This document shows, in pieces, positions 37,601 to 50,120 of a stretch of DNA of 64,000 nt. The notes beneath the pieces were generated by a model. The model did no database searches and was not told the DNA's origin. It saw only the letters and a program-made list of their open reading frames with translations. The stretch comes from Mustelus asterias (lineage: Eukaryota): assembly GCF_964213995.1 (NCBI RefSeq), contig NW_027590175.1, positions 248,001 to 312,000 on the forward strand, in the 5' to 3' direction. Within the stretch, counting starts at the first letter, position 1. Each line of letters begins with the position of its first letter. A program made the position numbers and the translations under genes.

Positions 37601-39459
37601 AAAAAGCAACGTCTTATTCTGCAAAACTCGTATTCCAGTGAATGCGAACTTAATCTGGGATATAACGACTAATGCAAAGTATCTTGTTCAGCTGAGAGCT
37701 GCTGTGGAAACAGCATGTTATCATTGAAATAATTTCTGGAATTGTCACAAAATATTTGCAGTCTGGAAAATTTTCTGGTCATGTTAATAGTGTGAAAAGC
37801 ACAACAGAACTATTAAAGGGGATGACTGCTAAATTATATCAATACAAAGTAATCTTTGGTGAATATGGAGTTATATTACCGATTAATAATTGTTTGATTT
37901 ATATTAATTTTACTATTAAACTTGTTAATGAGAAGTTTGTGATTGCAGCAACGACGTAGTGTCCGAATGAGCGTTGTACGTCATGATTTATTTTAATTTG
38001 TAAGCGTTAGTTAAAATTTATAAAAATGCTGTAATATCTTTATTTTAGTTTTTTTCCAAAACCTGCTCCTTTTCTCCCGACAAGGATTTTCAAACTCAAA
38101 GATTGTTTGCGTTCAACCAGAAAACGTCTAACCGCTCAGTGGCACCGAGTTTGAACAATGCAGAAATAATGCAGCAAAGCCAAACTATTTCACAAATTTT
38201 AAACATTCATAGTGACCAAACCACAGAATCTCCTCAACGGAAACACACCAAAACACATCAATGAGGGAATGAATCCGTTTCATGGAGAAACAGCTCAATT
38301 ATCCATTGAACAGAATCAAATGCAACATTGCAAGAAAATCTCAATATCGAATCTAGCAAACCAGCTCTTAACCAATTGTTAAAGGAAACATAAATCTGGA
38401 ATAATAACAATAGCATTGCGAGGAGATGGAATATGCCCAACAAATTAGTATTGAAACGTTATCACATTTTATTCAGGTTGGAATATATTTCAAACATATT
38501 TAAACATTTGGATGGTAAAAGCTCCAGCCATCAAATGCCACCGAGATTAAACATTGCAGGTACCTCAGATTGTGAATGCCGTGACAAACTATGTTCTGAA
38601 CGAGCGGCGTAAACCGTGGTTTAGTTTAACTTGCTTAAAATTTTAAAAATACAAACACACTAAAGCCTGTCTGTTTTCTGCCTGCACTCATGCGTCAAGC
38701 AATTGTAAACCCGCAGACTGTTCATATTCAATCACAAAGCGTGTAACAGCTGTGTCACCGAGTTTAAACAATGCAGAAACACCAAACTATTTCACAAATT
38801 TTACTTACTTAAAGTCACCCAGATACATAATCTCCTCACCAGAAAAAACGCACCACTGAGAGTCTGAACCCCGCTTCCTGCAGAAGCAGCTCAATTCTAC
38901 AAACACTTTCAACAGAATCAAATGTAACATTGACAGAAATTTTTAATATAAATTCCAGCCAATCCACCCATCACCAAAGTAATTAATGTTTATAATAAGC
39001 AGAAATATTGCATAGCAGCACCAGCACTGCTAGTGAGTGGAACATGTTCACTGGATTAATCTAGAAATTTTAGAACTTTTTTAAAATATTGGGTTAGATT
39101 TCAAACACTTGTGCAGTTGATGGTACAACCCGCAGCCACTAGATGTCACCGAGATTAAACATGACCGACACGCTGAATTGTTTAACAGACGTCAGGCTTT
39201 TAAAGTAACCCAGCCACACAGTAGCCTCAAAAGATAAACACAAAATCACAATAATTAGGGATTGAATCGCTCAGCAGCCTCTATTGTCAAGAAACAGCGG
39301 AATTCTCGAACCCCTTTGCAGCAGAATCACAGGAAACATTGTAAAAATTCTCAATCCACCAAACCCACATTTAAGTAAACGAATTGATTATTAGTATAGA
39401 CAAAAATATAAAACAAAGACACATGTAAACCAATTATTCAATAAGTGCATCGCTCTTAC

Positions 39460-39507
39460 CTGCAGTCACCGTCACCATGGTACCTTGTCCCCAGTAGTCG
39501 AAGTAGT
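39460..39507 (-). CDS. IGHJ: IgH J segment (YFDYWGQGTMVTVTA)
   Basis: WGxG motif, donor G|GTAAGA at 39460/39459. Confidence 0.98.
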
Positions 39508-39546
39508 CACAGTGTCACATTCCCTGGGCTGTGTCGTACAATAACC
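39508..39546 (+). other. JH recombination signal, 23-bp spacer
   Basis: CACAGTG (39508-39514), 23 bp, ACAATAACC (39538-39546). Confidence 0.96.
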
Positions 39547-39873
39547 GTCCCTGCACAAAATAGACACAAAACCACCATTATTTTAAATATTCACAAACCA
39601 GAGGAAAAGCAAAGTCAATTAATGTTCATTAAATTATAATTGTATTTCTGGATACCATTCTCCATTTATAAATGAGCCGAATGTTTTATATTTCACAGCG
39701 GAACACATGAACATGTTATTGATAAACACCAACCGATAATTGAGTAATTATCACAGATTTTCCATGTTCATTCTCATCATGTGGTCAGTGCTGGACATAA
39801 ATAATACTGTCCTGTGATTAAAGTTGGAATTTAAAAGTGACACTGATCCAGCCTCAATCAATTAGTGCTGAGG

Positions 39874-39942
39874 TGTTTTTGTATTGACAGTAACTGCTGT
39901 GCCATTCCAGTTATCACAGTGAGACACAGCATGACAAATACT
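39874..39942 (-). other. IgH D segment (D2 type), 13 bp ATAACTGGAATGG at 39902-39914, flanked by 12/12 RSSs
   Basis: 5' RSS CACAGTG-12-ACAAATACT (39915-39942); 3' RSS CACAGCA-12-ACAAAAACA (39901-39874). Confidence 0.96.
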
Positions 39943-40252
39943 GCGGCAGATTATTAACTGTAAAATGCAGATAGGTCATTTCACTGCTATTTCAAAAGTC
40001 TGTTTCCATGTCGTTTAAGAATGAGTCAGTGAGATATTTCAATTTTTACTGGTCATGATATTGATAAAGGGGAATTAGAAACTTTTACACTCTCCGTGCA
40101 CATTCAGCATGTAAATCAATAACAATAAAGTTGAAGTATTTTATATCTTTTAAAAAACAATGCTGCTTCTACCTATTATTTTGTCTATTCCTCATTTTGT
40201 TTAGCATTCGGCAGTGGCACTGGTCACATATTTAAGCAAAGTCTTTCTCTGA

Positions 40253-40290
40253 GGTTTTTGTATGAGGATGTCGCTGTGCTCAGCACTGTG
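40253..40290 (-). other. RSS with 22-bp spacer 3' of the V(D1) exon
   Basis: CACAGTG (40290-40284), CTGAGCACAGCGACATCCTCAT, ACAAAAACC (40261-40253). Confidence 0.96.
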
Positions 40291-40606
40291 ACCCACTGCT
40301 GTATTGCACAGTAATAGATGGCGGTGTCTTCAATCTTCAGGCTCATCATGTCCAAAACGAAGATGCTCCTTGAAATGTCTTTGGACGGAGTAAATCGATT
40401 CTGAATCCCTGGGGCGTAGTAGATGGTGTTAGATGAAGTGTAGTAGAGAGTCAGCCACTCCAGCCCCTGTCCGGGAACCTGCCGGATCCAGCCCATCCAG
40501 TCGCTGCCAAGATTGAAGCCGCTGGTTTTACAGGTCAGTTTGAGGGAGCCTCCTGGACGCCCGGTCTCTGCCTCTGGCTGAGTCAACACAACCTCCGACT
40601 GAACAC
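40291..40606 (-). CDS. IGHV: IgH V exon, apparently pre-joined to D1
   Basis: TTTTTACAG|GT; [44 protein letters not shown] then TACAGCAGTGGGT; open frame. Confidence 0.97.
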
Positions 40607-40737
40607 CTGTAAAAATATATCAAAAACCCCGAGGATTAATCCGGGTGAAATGATTGCTGATTCTGCAACAATCCAGAGATAGACTAACACTGAGACAGTA
40701 GCAGTCAGGCTTGCACAATAAAAAAAAATCTACTCAC

Positions 40738-40783
40738 CGGATAAGAAAGTCAGCAAGAAACTGAGAGAAATCGCCGACCTCAT
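40738..40783 (-). CDS. IGHV: IgH leader exon (MRSAISLSFLLTFLS)
   Basis: ATG 40783, hydrophobic peptide, G|GTGAGT donor in phase with the V acceptor. Confidence 0.95.
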
Positions 40784-40859
40784 CCTTCTGGTAAATTGGG
40801 GGAAATGGTTGTGTCAGAAACTCAGTGAACAAACCAGCTCCCGGACTGTTGGATTCCGG

Positions 40860-40930
40860 TCCCAGTGAGCGGCATTTAAATACCCGGCAGAAGGGGGCGG
40901 CTTTCCAGGCGCCGCCTGTTGATTCCCTGC
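40860..40930 (-). promoter_or_regulatory. VH promoter with TATA-like TATTTAAA (40882-40875) and GC-rich upstream segment
   Basis: About 90 bp upstream of the leader ATG; no ATGCAAAT octamer seen nearby. Confidence 0.65.
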
Positions 40931-43900
40931 TGGAGGCGGCGACAGGATCCAGGTCCCACCTTCCACACCCCAACAGAATGGACTTCCAGATTTACAATGG
41001 GTGAATATTAAAATGGCCATTTTATCTGTATCGGGATATTTGTTTGGCTGAATATGTTCAATGTATTGTCTCCATTATTGCTGATGGTGATATTGCAATT
41101 CATCATTTCTTTATTTGAAATAACTGATTCCATTGTAAATATGGTGATTTTATTACCACGCCCCCAAGAAGAACACAAATCTAAAAATGATTAAATAACA
41201 TTTTTGGAAAATAAAGAGACCGTCAGTCTATGTTGCAACAATTCCGGGTCTGTCACATTACAATAATAAAGCATCATTTATCAGAAGAATTGTTATCGAT
41301 TTCTGTAACTAAATGCGGAGTATGAACAAAGTGATTGCATTTACAGTGCGGATGGCTATCACTGTACTGTTTGGGTTTGGAGATGAGAAGAAACTCTCAC
41401 ACAATACAATGTTTCTCCTTATATTTGTCAAACTGCCCAATCTCGAAGACAGCCCTTTGAAAATAATAAGAATCCCGCCTTCCTGATAATTAAGTAGTGA
41501 GTTGACAGAGAAACATAAATTTAACATCGACTTTTGACAGAGAAGTTAATGAATCGGAACGGACACGGAGATCATTAAAGTTCTCCTTCAGCATCCAAAT
41601 CGTGGCAGCTCACTCTATTGGCCACCGGCTGTCTAATATTCATTGGTATTGGGAACACAGGGTATCAGGCCTTTGCTGCACATTGCACAACATCACAAGA
41701 ATAAATGTTTTACCTTCCATTGAATCAGGTTATGAACTGATCATTTCTCCACTCATTAGCAGCTATGAGAGGAACTCTTCAATAATGGAAATCAGATTAT
41801 ACTGTACAATAGAACACGGTGTAAATCAGGTACAAGAGACGCTGCTGTTTAAATAGGGTGCAAAACTTTCAGTATATTCCAGGAATCCCTGTTGTTCGTG
41901 TCAGTTTTATGATGTTCTTTTAATATTATTTCGATGCATTTTTGCCATTACAGTGATCTGAATTGACTGGGGAAATGGGACCATCAACATCTCTCTCTCG
42001 CATTTCATGAAGTGGTTAATAAACAGCCTTTAATTATTGGAATGACATTTACTTGGAAGTTATACAAATGAAAAATCATCCGGTCACTTTACTGTTTTGC
42101 GATGCTATTTACTCACATAATGAACAGGACATTGAATGAAAATATTTGATTAGAATGATTCCGATTTAACATGTGTCATTCTTGTGGGAATGAAACATTT
42201 ATTCTTTAAATGGCTGAATCCCAATTTGTCCATTCAGGTTCACGCTAATCTGCCCCACACAGTATTTGGCAGCAATCCAGCCCGCTGTCAAATGCTCAAA
42301 GTTATTGACAGGAAGCATCTGGGGGTGTTTGTGCAGTAGATCTGTTTTCTCAGTACTGACCGCTTGGCTGCAAGCCAACGTCAAACCCTTCACATTGTCA
42401 ATGAGCCCTATTTGTAAAGAAATCTACCCAGCAACAGTACTGGAGGCAATTTAATATTTTAAGTTGTAAGTCTATATGGATTTGACCCATCTCTCAAGAA
42501 AGACAATTTATGCAGCTTCTCTGACACCCTGTTAGCAACAATGATGATTTTTCCAACACATCAGGATATTGTCATGGATGGATCGAAAGAATTACAGGCA
42601 GACTGAGAGATGACTCAGGTAGACGATACATGTTGTAATACATGAACATATATGCTTGTGTATTCTTTCCCTATCTCGTTCCATGAGATGTTTGAGTTGT
42701 TGGAACGACGAGAACATTATGCCTGTCCCAAATTCACTTGAACTGAATGGTTTTCTAGGCCACTTCTGAAGAGTCAGCCATTTTGTGTCCGTCTGTAGTC
42801 ACATTCTTGTGAGACCAGGTAGCAATGGCAGATTTCCCTCATTGGGGGATCAGAGAGGGTTCTATGGTCGCCATTAGAATGTATTCCATATTTATTAATT
42901 GAATTCAAATTCCACCAGCTTCCTCCGATTTAAATCCCTGTCCCTGTCCCATCATTGTCCTGGGCCTCTGGATCACTGGACCAATTAAATTAATATTACG
43001 TCACCATCTGCGCAAACAATAAATGAATGACTGTCTTGATGCAGGAATGAATGACAGTTGAATGAATGATAGTTGGATGAATGACAGTTGGATGCCTGAA
43101 TATTTTGATTGAGGAATCAGTGAATAAATTGATAGATGCATTGTTAAATGGTACTGAAAGATGTTGTTCTACATTCCCATATTTGTACTTCACTGGTCCA
43201 TAAATTGAAACAGCTCCTTTATCCCATTTCTGTCAGTCTAATAACGTCAATACTGCCAGAGGTTCTGGGAGAAATCCAACCCTAGTTGGACCAAGGAGCG
43301 GCACAGGCTTGGAGGGCCGAAGGGCCTGTTTCCTGTGCTGTACTGTTCTTTGTTCTTTGTTCTATGTCCTAGTTTCTAGGGAGCGTGCAAGCTGATCCTC
43401 ACGAAAATAAGAGGGGATTTTCCTGCGGCACGGATGGTTCCTTTCTCTGCTGATGCTGAATATTCATATCCAAGATCGAAAGAGGGAACATGATTTGGCT
43501 GAGGAGGGAGGATTGTAATATTTGAAACATGTGCAGCAAATCACTCAACATGCCCTCACCCAAATTAGTGAAGGTAACAAGCTGTAAAATAAATAACGTG
43601 GCAACAGATATATTGTGAAACTCACTGGAAAACTACAAGTGTTACATTATTTCCCAAAACTGTGTAATAATGAATCGGGATTTAAAGAATCAGTAAAATC
43701 ATATTTGGTGCAGGTAGTTTAATTTGTATGATTACTTTGGAAATCATCACACCAGTTATGATTCAGGAGTTTAAAGCGCAGAGACTGCTGGGTAGCTACT
43801 CATGATCCTCGGTCTGTATTCATTCAATTTCCAACTGAATTCTGGGACAGATTTTATCCTTGGTGACAAAAAGGTGTCAATAAATGTTAATATCAATAAA

Positions 43901-44280
43901 TTATTCAAAGCAAAGTTGTATAGAAGGAAATACTGGTAACAAACAGAAAATGCTGGAAAATCTCAGCAGGTCTGACAGCATCTGTGGAGACAGAATAGAG
44001 CCAACGTTTCGAGTCTGGGTGACGCTTCGGCAGAGTATTCCTGATGCGTTGGAGAGATCATCATTGTTTCTAACAAGGTGTCAGAGAAGCTGCATAACTT
44101 TCCTGTGAAATGGGAATAGTTCAAATAGATACTGTTTAATTATATGCACTATTTCGCGCCACACACAAGTTGCATCAATTTACATACCGATCCCAAAAAT
44201 CATCAACTTCTCCATGCTAACTAATCTAATCAACATCTCAATCGCTAACTATATCCTAATCCCTTTCCACCTCATCATTT

Positions 44281-45235
44281 ACATAAGAACATAAGAACAT
44301 AAGAAATAGGAGCAGGAGTAGGCCATCTAGCCCCTCGAGCCTGCCCCGCCATTCAATAAGATCATGGCTGATCTGACGTGGATCAGTACCACTTACCCGC
44401 CTGATCCCCATAACCCTTAATTCCCTTACCGATCAGGAATCCATCCATCCGCGCTTTAAACATATTCAGCGAGGTAGCCTCCACCACCTCAGTGGGCAGA
44501 GAATTCCAGAGATTCACCACCCTCTGGGAGAAGAAGTTCCTCCTCAACTCTGTCTTAAACCGACCCCCCTTTATTTTGAGGCTGTGTCCTCTAGTTTTAA
44601 CTTCCTTACTAAGTGGAAAGAATCTCTCCGCCTCCACCCTATCCAGCCCTCGCATTATCTTATAAGTCTCCATGAGATCCCCCCTCATCCTTCTAAACTC
44701 CAACGAGTACAAACCCAATCTCCTCAGCCTCTCCTCATAATCCAAACCCCTCATCTCCGGTATCAACCTGGTGAACCTTCTCTGCACTCCCTCCAATGCC
44801 AATATATCCTTCCTCATATAAGGGGACCAATACTGCACACAGTATTCCAGCTGCGGCCTCACCAATGCCCTGTACAGGTGCATCAAGACATCCCTGCTTT
44901 TATATTCTATCCCCCTCGCGATATAGGCCAACATCCCATTTGCCTTCTTGATCACCTGTTGTACCTGCAGACTGGGCTTTTGCGTCTCATGCACAAAGAC
45001 CCCCAGGTCCCTTTGCACGGTAGCATGTTTTAATTTGTTTCCATTGAGATAGTAATCCCATTTGTTATTATTTCCTCCAAAGTGTATAACCTCGCATTTC
45101 TCAACGTTATACTCCATTTGCCATATCCTCGCCCACTCACTCAGCCTGTCCAAATCTCTCTGCAGATCTTCTCCGTCCTCCACACGATTCACTTTTCCAC
45201 TTCTCCGTCCTCCACACGATTCACTTTTCCACTTC
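44281..45235 (-). mobile_element. Young 5'-truncated CR1 LINE with intact C-terminal ORF2
   Basis: Uninterrupted frame of about 280 codons; (ATAAGAAC)n tail on +. Confidence 0.93.
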
Positions 45236-45847
45236 CCAATGTCATCACCCTCTTCAATTTCCCCCAAATAAAAAGAAAGGGTCATCCCGACTCGAAACTT
45301 TGACTCTATTCTCTTTCCACAGATGCTATCTGACCTGTTGAGATTTTCGGAATTTATTGCTTTTGTTTCAGTTTCTAGAATCCACAGTATTTTCCAATTA
45401 TCAAAATGCTGAATACAATTGGTGAAATAATTGTTTATCTGTATGAATTGATGTTAATTGGTGAATTGGAACAACCCCGCTTGGATATTCCCCTCCAAGA
45501 CGCTTATAAACCTGACTTGGACATATATTACCATTCCTTTACTGTCGCTGGGTCGGAATCCATGAGAACCCTTCCTAACAGCACTGTGGGTGTACCTACA
45601 CTGCAGATTGTGCAGCGGTTCAAGAAGGCGGCTAACCACCAGCAACTAGCAATGTGAAACAAATTATAGCTTAGACAGTCGCCCACCTTCCATAAAGTAA
45701 TTTTAAATAGACTAACCTTTGTGAATGAATGAGAATTGGTGAATGCATTTATTAAATTGCGAATGGATGGTCATTGGGGAAATTAATTAGTATCTTTCTG
45801 AACATTTATGACATTCTCCTTATTTGCTGGAAGATTTAAGGTTTGTA

Positions 45848-46143
45848 GTTTATTTATTAATGTCACAAGTAGGCTTACATTAACACGGCAATGAAGTCAC
45901 TATAAAATCCCTGAGTCGCCACACTGTAGCGTCTGCTCGGGTACACTGAGGGAGAATTTAGCCTGGCCAGTGCACATTACCGGCATGCCTTTTCGGACTG
46001 TGCAGGAAACTGGACCACCCAGTAGAAATCCACGCATAAACGGGTAGAATGTACAGACTCCGCACAGACACTGACCCACGCCGGGAACCAAACCAGTGGC
46101 CCTGGCACTGTGAGGCAACAGAGCTAACCACTGTGCCACCATG
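45848..46143 (-). mobile_element. tRNA-derived shark SINE (HE1-like)
   Basis: Same head, core and tail as 11730-12016. Confidence 0.85.
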
Positions 46144-46849
46144 GCACCCACAATTCCATAAGACATGCATGATTCAAATTTATCACACTTTTTGCAAACT
46201 AAACCGATGGAAGAGGCTGTTACAACTGCAGGCATGTCTCAGTCATAACATCACGGGAAAGATCTTTGCTGGGGTCACACTTGAAATACATCATCTGCTT
46301 GCAGACCGGGTATATCTGATGTGCAGTTTAGTGATTGTATTGGAAGATTTACTCCAGCCAACAACTTCTCCATGTTCCATATATGTCCATATCTTTAACG
46401 TACTTCGGTCAATCTCGCTAAGACATGCAACACCGTCAGCAGGGCAAGGAATACAGGATTTTGGTGATAACTGGTTTTACACCAAAGCTCCTAATGTCCA
46501 TTCATGACACAAAAACAATAACACACAATGACGAATGGTAGCTTAATGGGCAGCACTTGTGGCCGAACTAACTTTTCAAACATTGGCCTCCTCAATCATC
46601 AGAAAAGGTGACATATGTAAAGGAAGCCAATCTGAATTGGATGTGTTTATTGTGTGTCCGTCATGTGGTGTAAATGGAACGATGCACGTGATCATTGTGG
46701 AATTAATTTGTATCAAACACGATGTATTTCACGCAACACACACACACACACACACCAAGATGCTCAATTTGGGTCCCGCACGGAGCACTCGATTCCAGAA
46801 ATGATTTGGAAAGAGTCCAAACATAGATTTTTAAAAATAAATTAAAAAG

Positions 46850-47730
46850 GTGAATAGAGAGTGCCTGCCCTTGACATCGACGCAGCGTCTGACCGTTTGT
46901 GGCATCAAGGAGCCCGAGCGAAACTGCAGTCAATGGGAATCAGGGGGAACAGAGTCCACTGCCTGAGTCATGCTGAGCACAAAGGAAGATGGTTGTTGAT
47001 GGTCAATCGTGCCATCATGCCAATCATGCAGGATTTCTTCAGGTAGTGACCTCGCCCCAAGCTTCATCTTTCATCAAAGTTCAGAAGTGGGATTTTCACA
47101 GGTGATTGCACAAAGTTCCGCACCAGTTGCGACTCCTCAGTTACTGACACAGTCTGTGCCCATATGCAGTAAGACTTAGAAAACATTCAGTCTTTGGCGA
47201 ATGAATGGCAAGGAACATTAATGCACCACAAGTGGCAGGCAATGACAGTCTCCAATGAGGGAGATTCCAAACCACTCCCAATGACATTAAATGGCATTAC
47301 CCATCGCTGAATGCGCCCACTATCAACATCCTATGAATTATAATTCTTGAAAATCTGAACGGAGACAGTCGTTTAAATCATGTGGCCACAGGAGCAGGTC
47401 AGACGCTCGGAGTTCTGCTGTGAACAACGCACCTCCTGAATTCCCAACTCCTTATCCATCATCTACAAGGCAAAAGGCTGGAGTATGAACAGATATCACA
47501 GAACAGTAAAGCACAGGAACAGGCTCTTCGGCCCACCAAATATGTGCCGACACAAATGATTGAATATTCCCTACTTGCCTGACTTGTGCCACTCAAAAGC
47601 TCAATGTCATTCTGGAGAAAGTAGCTGGCTCGAAGAACACCCCACCCACCAGCTTCCCAAAGCCTGCCGCCACATTCTCAAAGGAAATCATGGTTTGACA
47701 ACAAAAGCTGACTTTCCCAGTGACATCAAA
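46850..47730 (+). mobile_element. Ancient non-LTR retroelement remnant
   Basis: ALDIDAASDRLWHQG..KL.SMGIRG RT-like stretch; related fragments at about 34850-35230, 60510-61360, 62340-62580. Confidence 0.6.
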
Positions 47731-47779
47731 ATCACATGAAACGATTTTAAACATACCATATCTCTGCCTATATTCAGCT

Positions 47780-49430
47780 AGCCTCTGCGTCTGTCTATAT
47801 TACAGTAGGCTGCGCCTGGATCACATTCCAGGAGGTCATGTCTAAGCTTTTTCCTGCACTTGGCTCAATATCAGGTGTTCGTATATGAGACACAGGCCCT
47901 GTTTATATTATAATTTCTAAGTTATGGCTGTACTGAGCCATGCTTCTGCTGATCCGACAAGAGGCCGTGTCTCAATTCTTACTGCCTCAGAACATTTGCC
48001 ACTGCATACTAAACTGGAGCAACTGTTTCATGCATGACACATGGTTCTGTCACAGTTATTTTGCTAATAGTTCATTAGATTTTGATAAACTCGATCCTGT
48101 TTGCGTTAATGCTGCACCAGTCCATGTATTTATTTATTTCAGACTATATCACGTCTGAGCTATAATTGCATTTTGCAATACCTCCGAATTGCTGCATTGT
48201 CCGTATCTCAGTGTGTATCAGTCTAGGCCCTGTACCAGTAATTATTACAAATAAACTGGGCTCTGTCTCAGTTTACATCAGTCCAGGTGCTGTATCAGTA
48301 ATCATTACTAATACACTGGACTCTGTCTCAGTTTACATCTGTCACTGTCCTGTATCTATTAGTAATTATTACTAATGCACTTGACTCCGTCTCACTCTTA
48401 AGACATTTAGGTCCTGTATCATTAATTACTGGGCTCTGTCTCAGTTTATATGCATAAGCTCCTATGTCCAGTAAAACTGCACTAGACACTGTCTCAGTTT
48501 TATTTTCCTCGACATTGTCATATATATTTGTAATGTTTGTTTCATGGGATGTGGGTGTCACTGAAAAGATCAGCATTTGGCCTTTGACCATCCCCACATG
48601 GCACTCGGAAAGAAACCCATTTCTATTTTGCTGGATCAGGGTTTATGTTAAATTAGAGTCTGTCTCTGTTAATACACTGCTAGACTAGAAATCAGTTTTT
48701 ATTGCACTAGCCATACTCTCTGGTTAAGTAATATTTGATCCTGACCCTGTACATATTTCACTAGACTGTGTTAGTGTTATGCCTGTGCTTAACTTTGCCT
48801 CTATTTGAATGATGTCTGCATTTCTCCGCGGTTCTACGAGAAGAAGAGATATTATGTTGGATGAAAAACAGTGGTCTCTGGCAGGATTCTGAAACAGGCA
48901 GTATTGGATCGACAGTATTTGGTCGGTGCGGGGTTCCAGTGCCGAAGGGCCTGTTCCTCTGCAGTAACTTTTCTTGTTCTTTGATCTGTGTTGACAGTGC
49001 ATGCTATACAGGTCTGCAGAACCATTCTCAATGCAGTCAGCAGAAGTAGATTTCAGATAACACTGCTTCTTTTCCTTGTTTAAGAGGATGCAGAGAATTG
49101 TGTCCCCCTAAAACTTTCCTCATTACTGGCATTGTCCAGTGCAGTAAAAACTGAGACCATGTCCAATGCAATATAAACGTGGATAGGGTCAAGTGCAGAA
49201 ATAAGACTCCATCTAGTTTAATACAAACAGACAGGTCTAAATTAATACAAACCGATACAGCGTCTAGTTTGATATAAACTGAAACATGTTGATGCATAAT
49301 ATAAACAAGGACAAGGTCTAATTTAGTATATTCAGAGAAAGCATCTCGTTTAATATGTGTAGAGATAGGGTCTCGTGCAACATAAACCGAGGCATGACCT
49401 TATATAATAGAAGCTGACACAGGGTAAATT
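47780..49430. repeat. Degenerate arrays of about 25-bp units (CTAGACxCTGTCTCAGTTTATAT) in two opposite orientations
   Basis: + copies 47780-48780 (with a 60-bp higher-order unit at 48205-48450); reverse-complement copies 49150-49430. Confidence 0.6.
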
Positions 49431-49519
49431 TACTGTCTAATAAAGAAGCTGGTTCAATCTCCATGAAATTTGGAGAGACGGCCTACTGCCCCATCAAAAA
49501 TTCACAGGACAAGAGTAAC

Positions 49520-50120
49520 ATGGGGTTAGCTGTAAAGTTCCCCCATGCATTGCCAAATTTAACACTCCCAAGTCAGGAATAGCATGATTTTGATACAAAG
49601 TGAACCTCCCTCTCACTATCAAAATCAAACATTCCTGGAAAAGGGAGCCTGTCCAGAAAAAGAGTGGAACTCCCTCTACAAAGTCTGTTCAAATACAATG
49701 AAGGCATACAGACCAGGGACTCTCTTCTAGGTAAAACCACTTCTGCATTTTTCCTTCAGAGAATCGGGAGGCAAGTTTGAATTGGTGTTCGGTAGAGGGG
49801 GAAGATCCCTCGACACAGTCCATAAAATACACCCAGGTCAGGTACAGCAGAGATTAGATACGGATTAAATCTCCCTTTACAAGTAATATCAAACATTCAA
49901 AGGGCAGTTACGTGAGTTTAGATGCAGACTAAATATTCCTCTACAATGTCCAGTCAAACAGTCCAAGGGCAGGGATAAATACAGGGAAAATTTCTTTGGT
50001 ACTGCCACATCGAATCCTTGTTACGAGGTACAACACAGGTTAGATACAGAGGAAAATGTATAAAATATCCCAAGATCATAGAATGCTCAAGAGATCTTTC
50101 AGATTAAATCTCCCTCATGG
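49520..50120. repeat. Degenerate minisatellite of about 60 bp (TTAGATACAGAGTAAATCTCCCTCTACA..TCAAACA)
   Basis: Recurrent motifs about every 60 bp; short relic also at about 35300-35430. Confidence 0.65.

Noticed and set aside
40253-40278. Second heptamer-like CACAGCG inside the 22-bp spacer
   Set aside because: Only 10 bp from the nonamer, outside the 12+/-1 rule.
44383-45285. 300-aa ORF as a host gene
   Set aside because: It is the C-terminus of CR1 ORF2 in a 5'-truncated copy.
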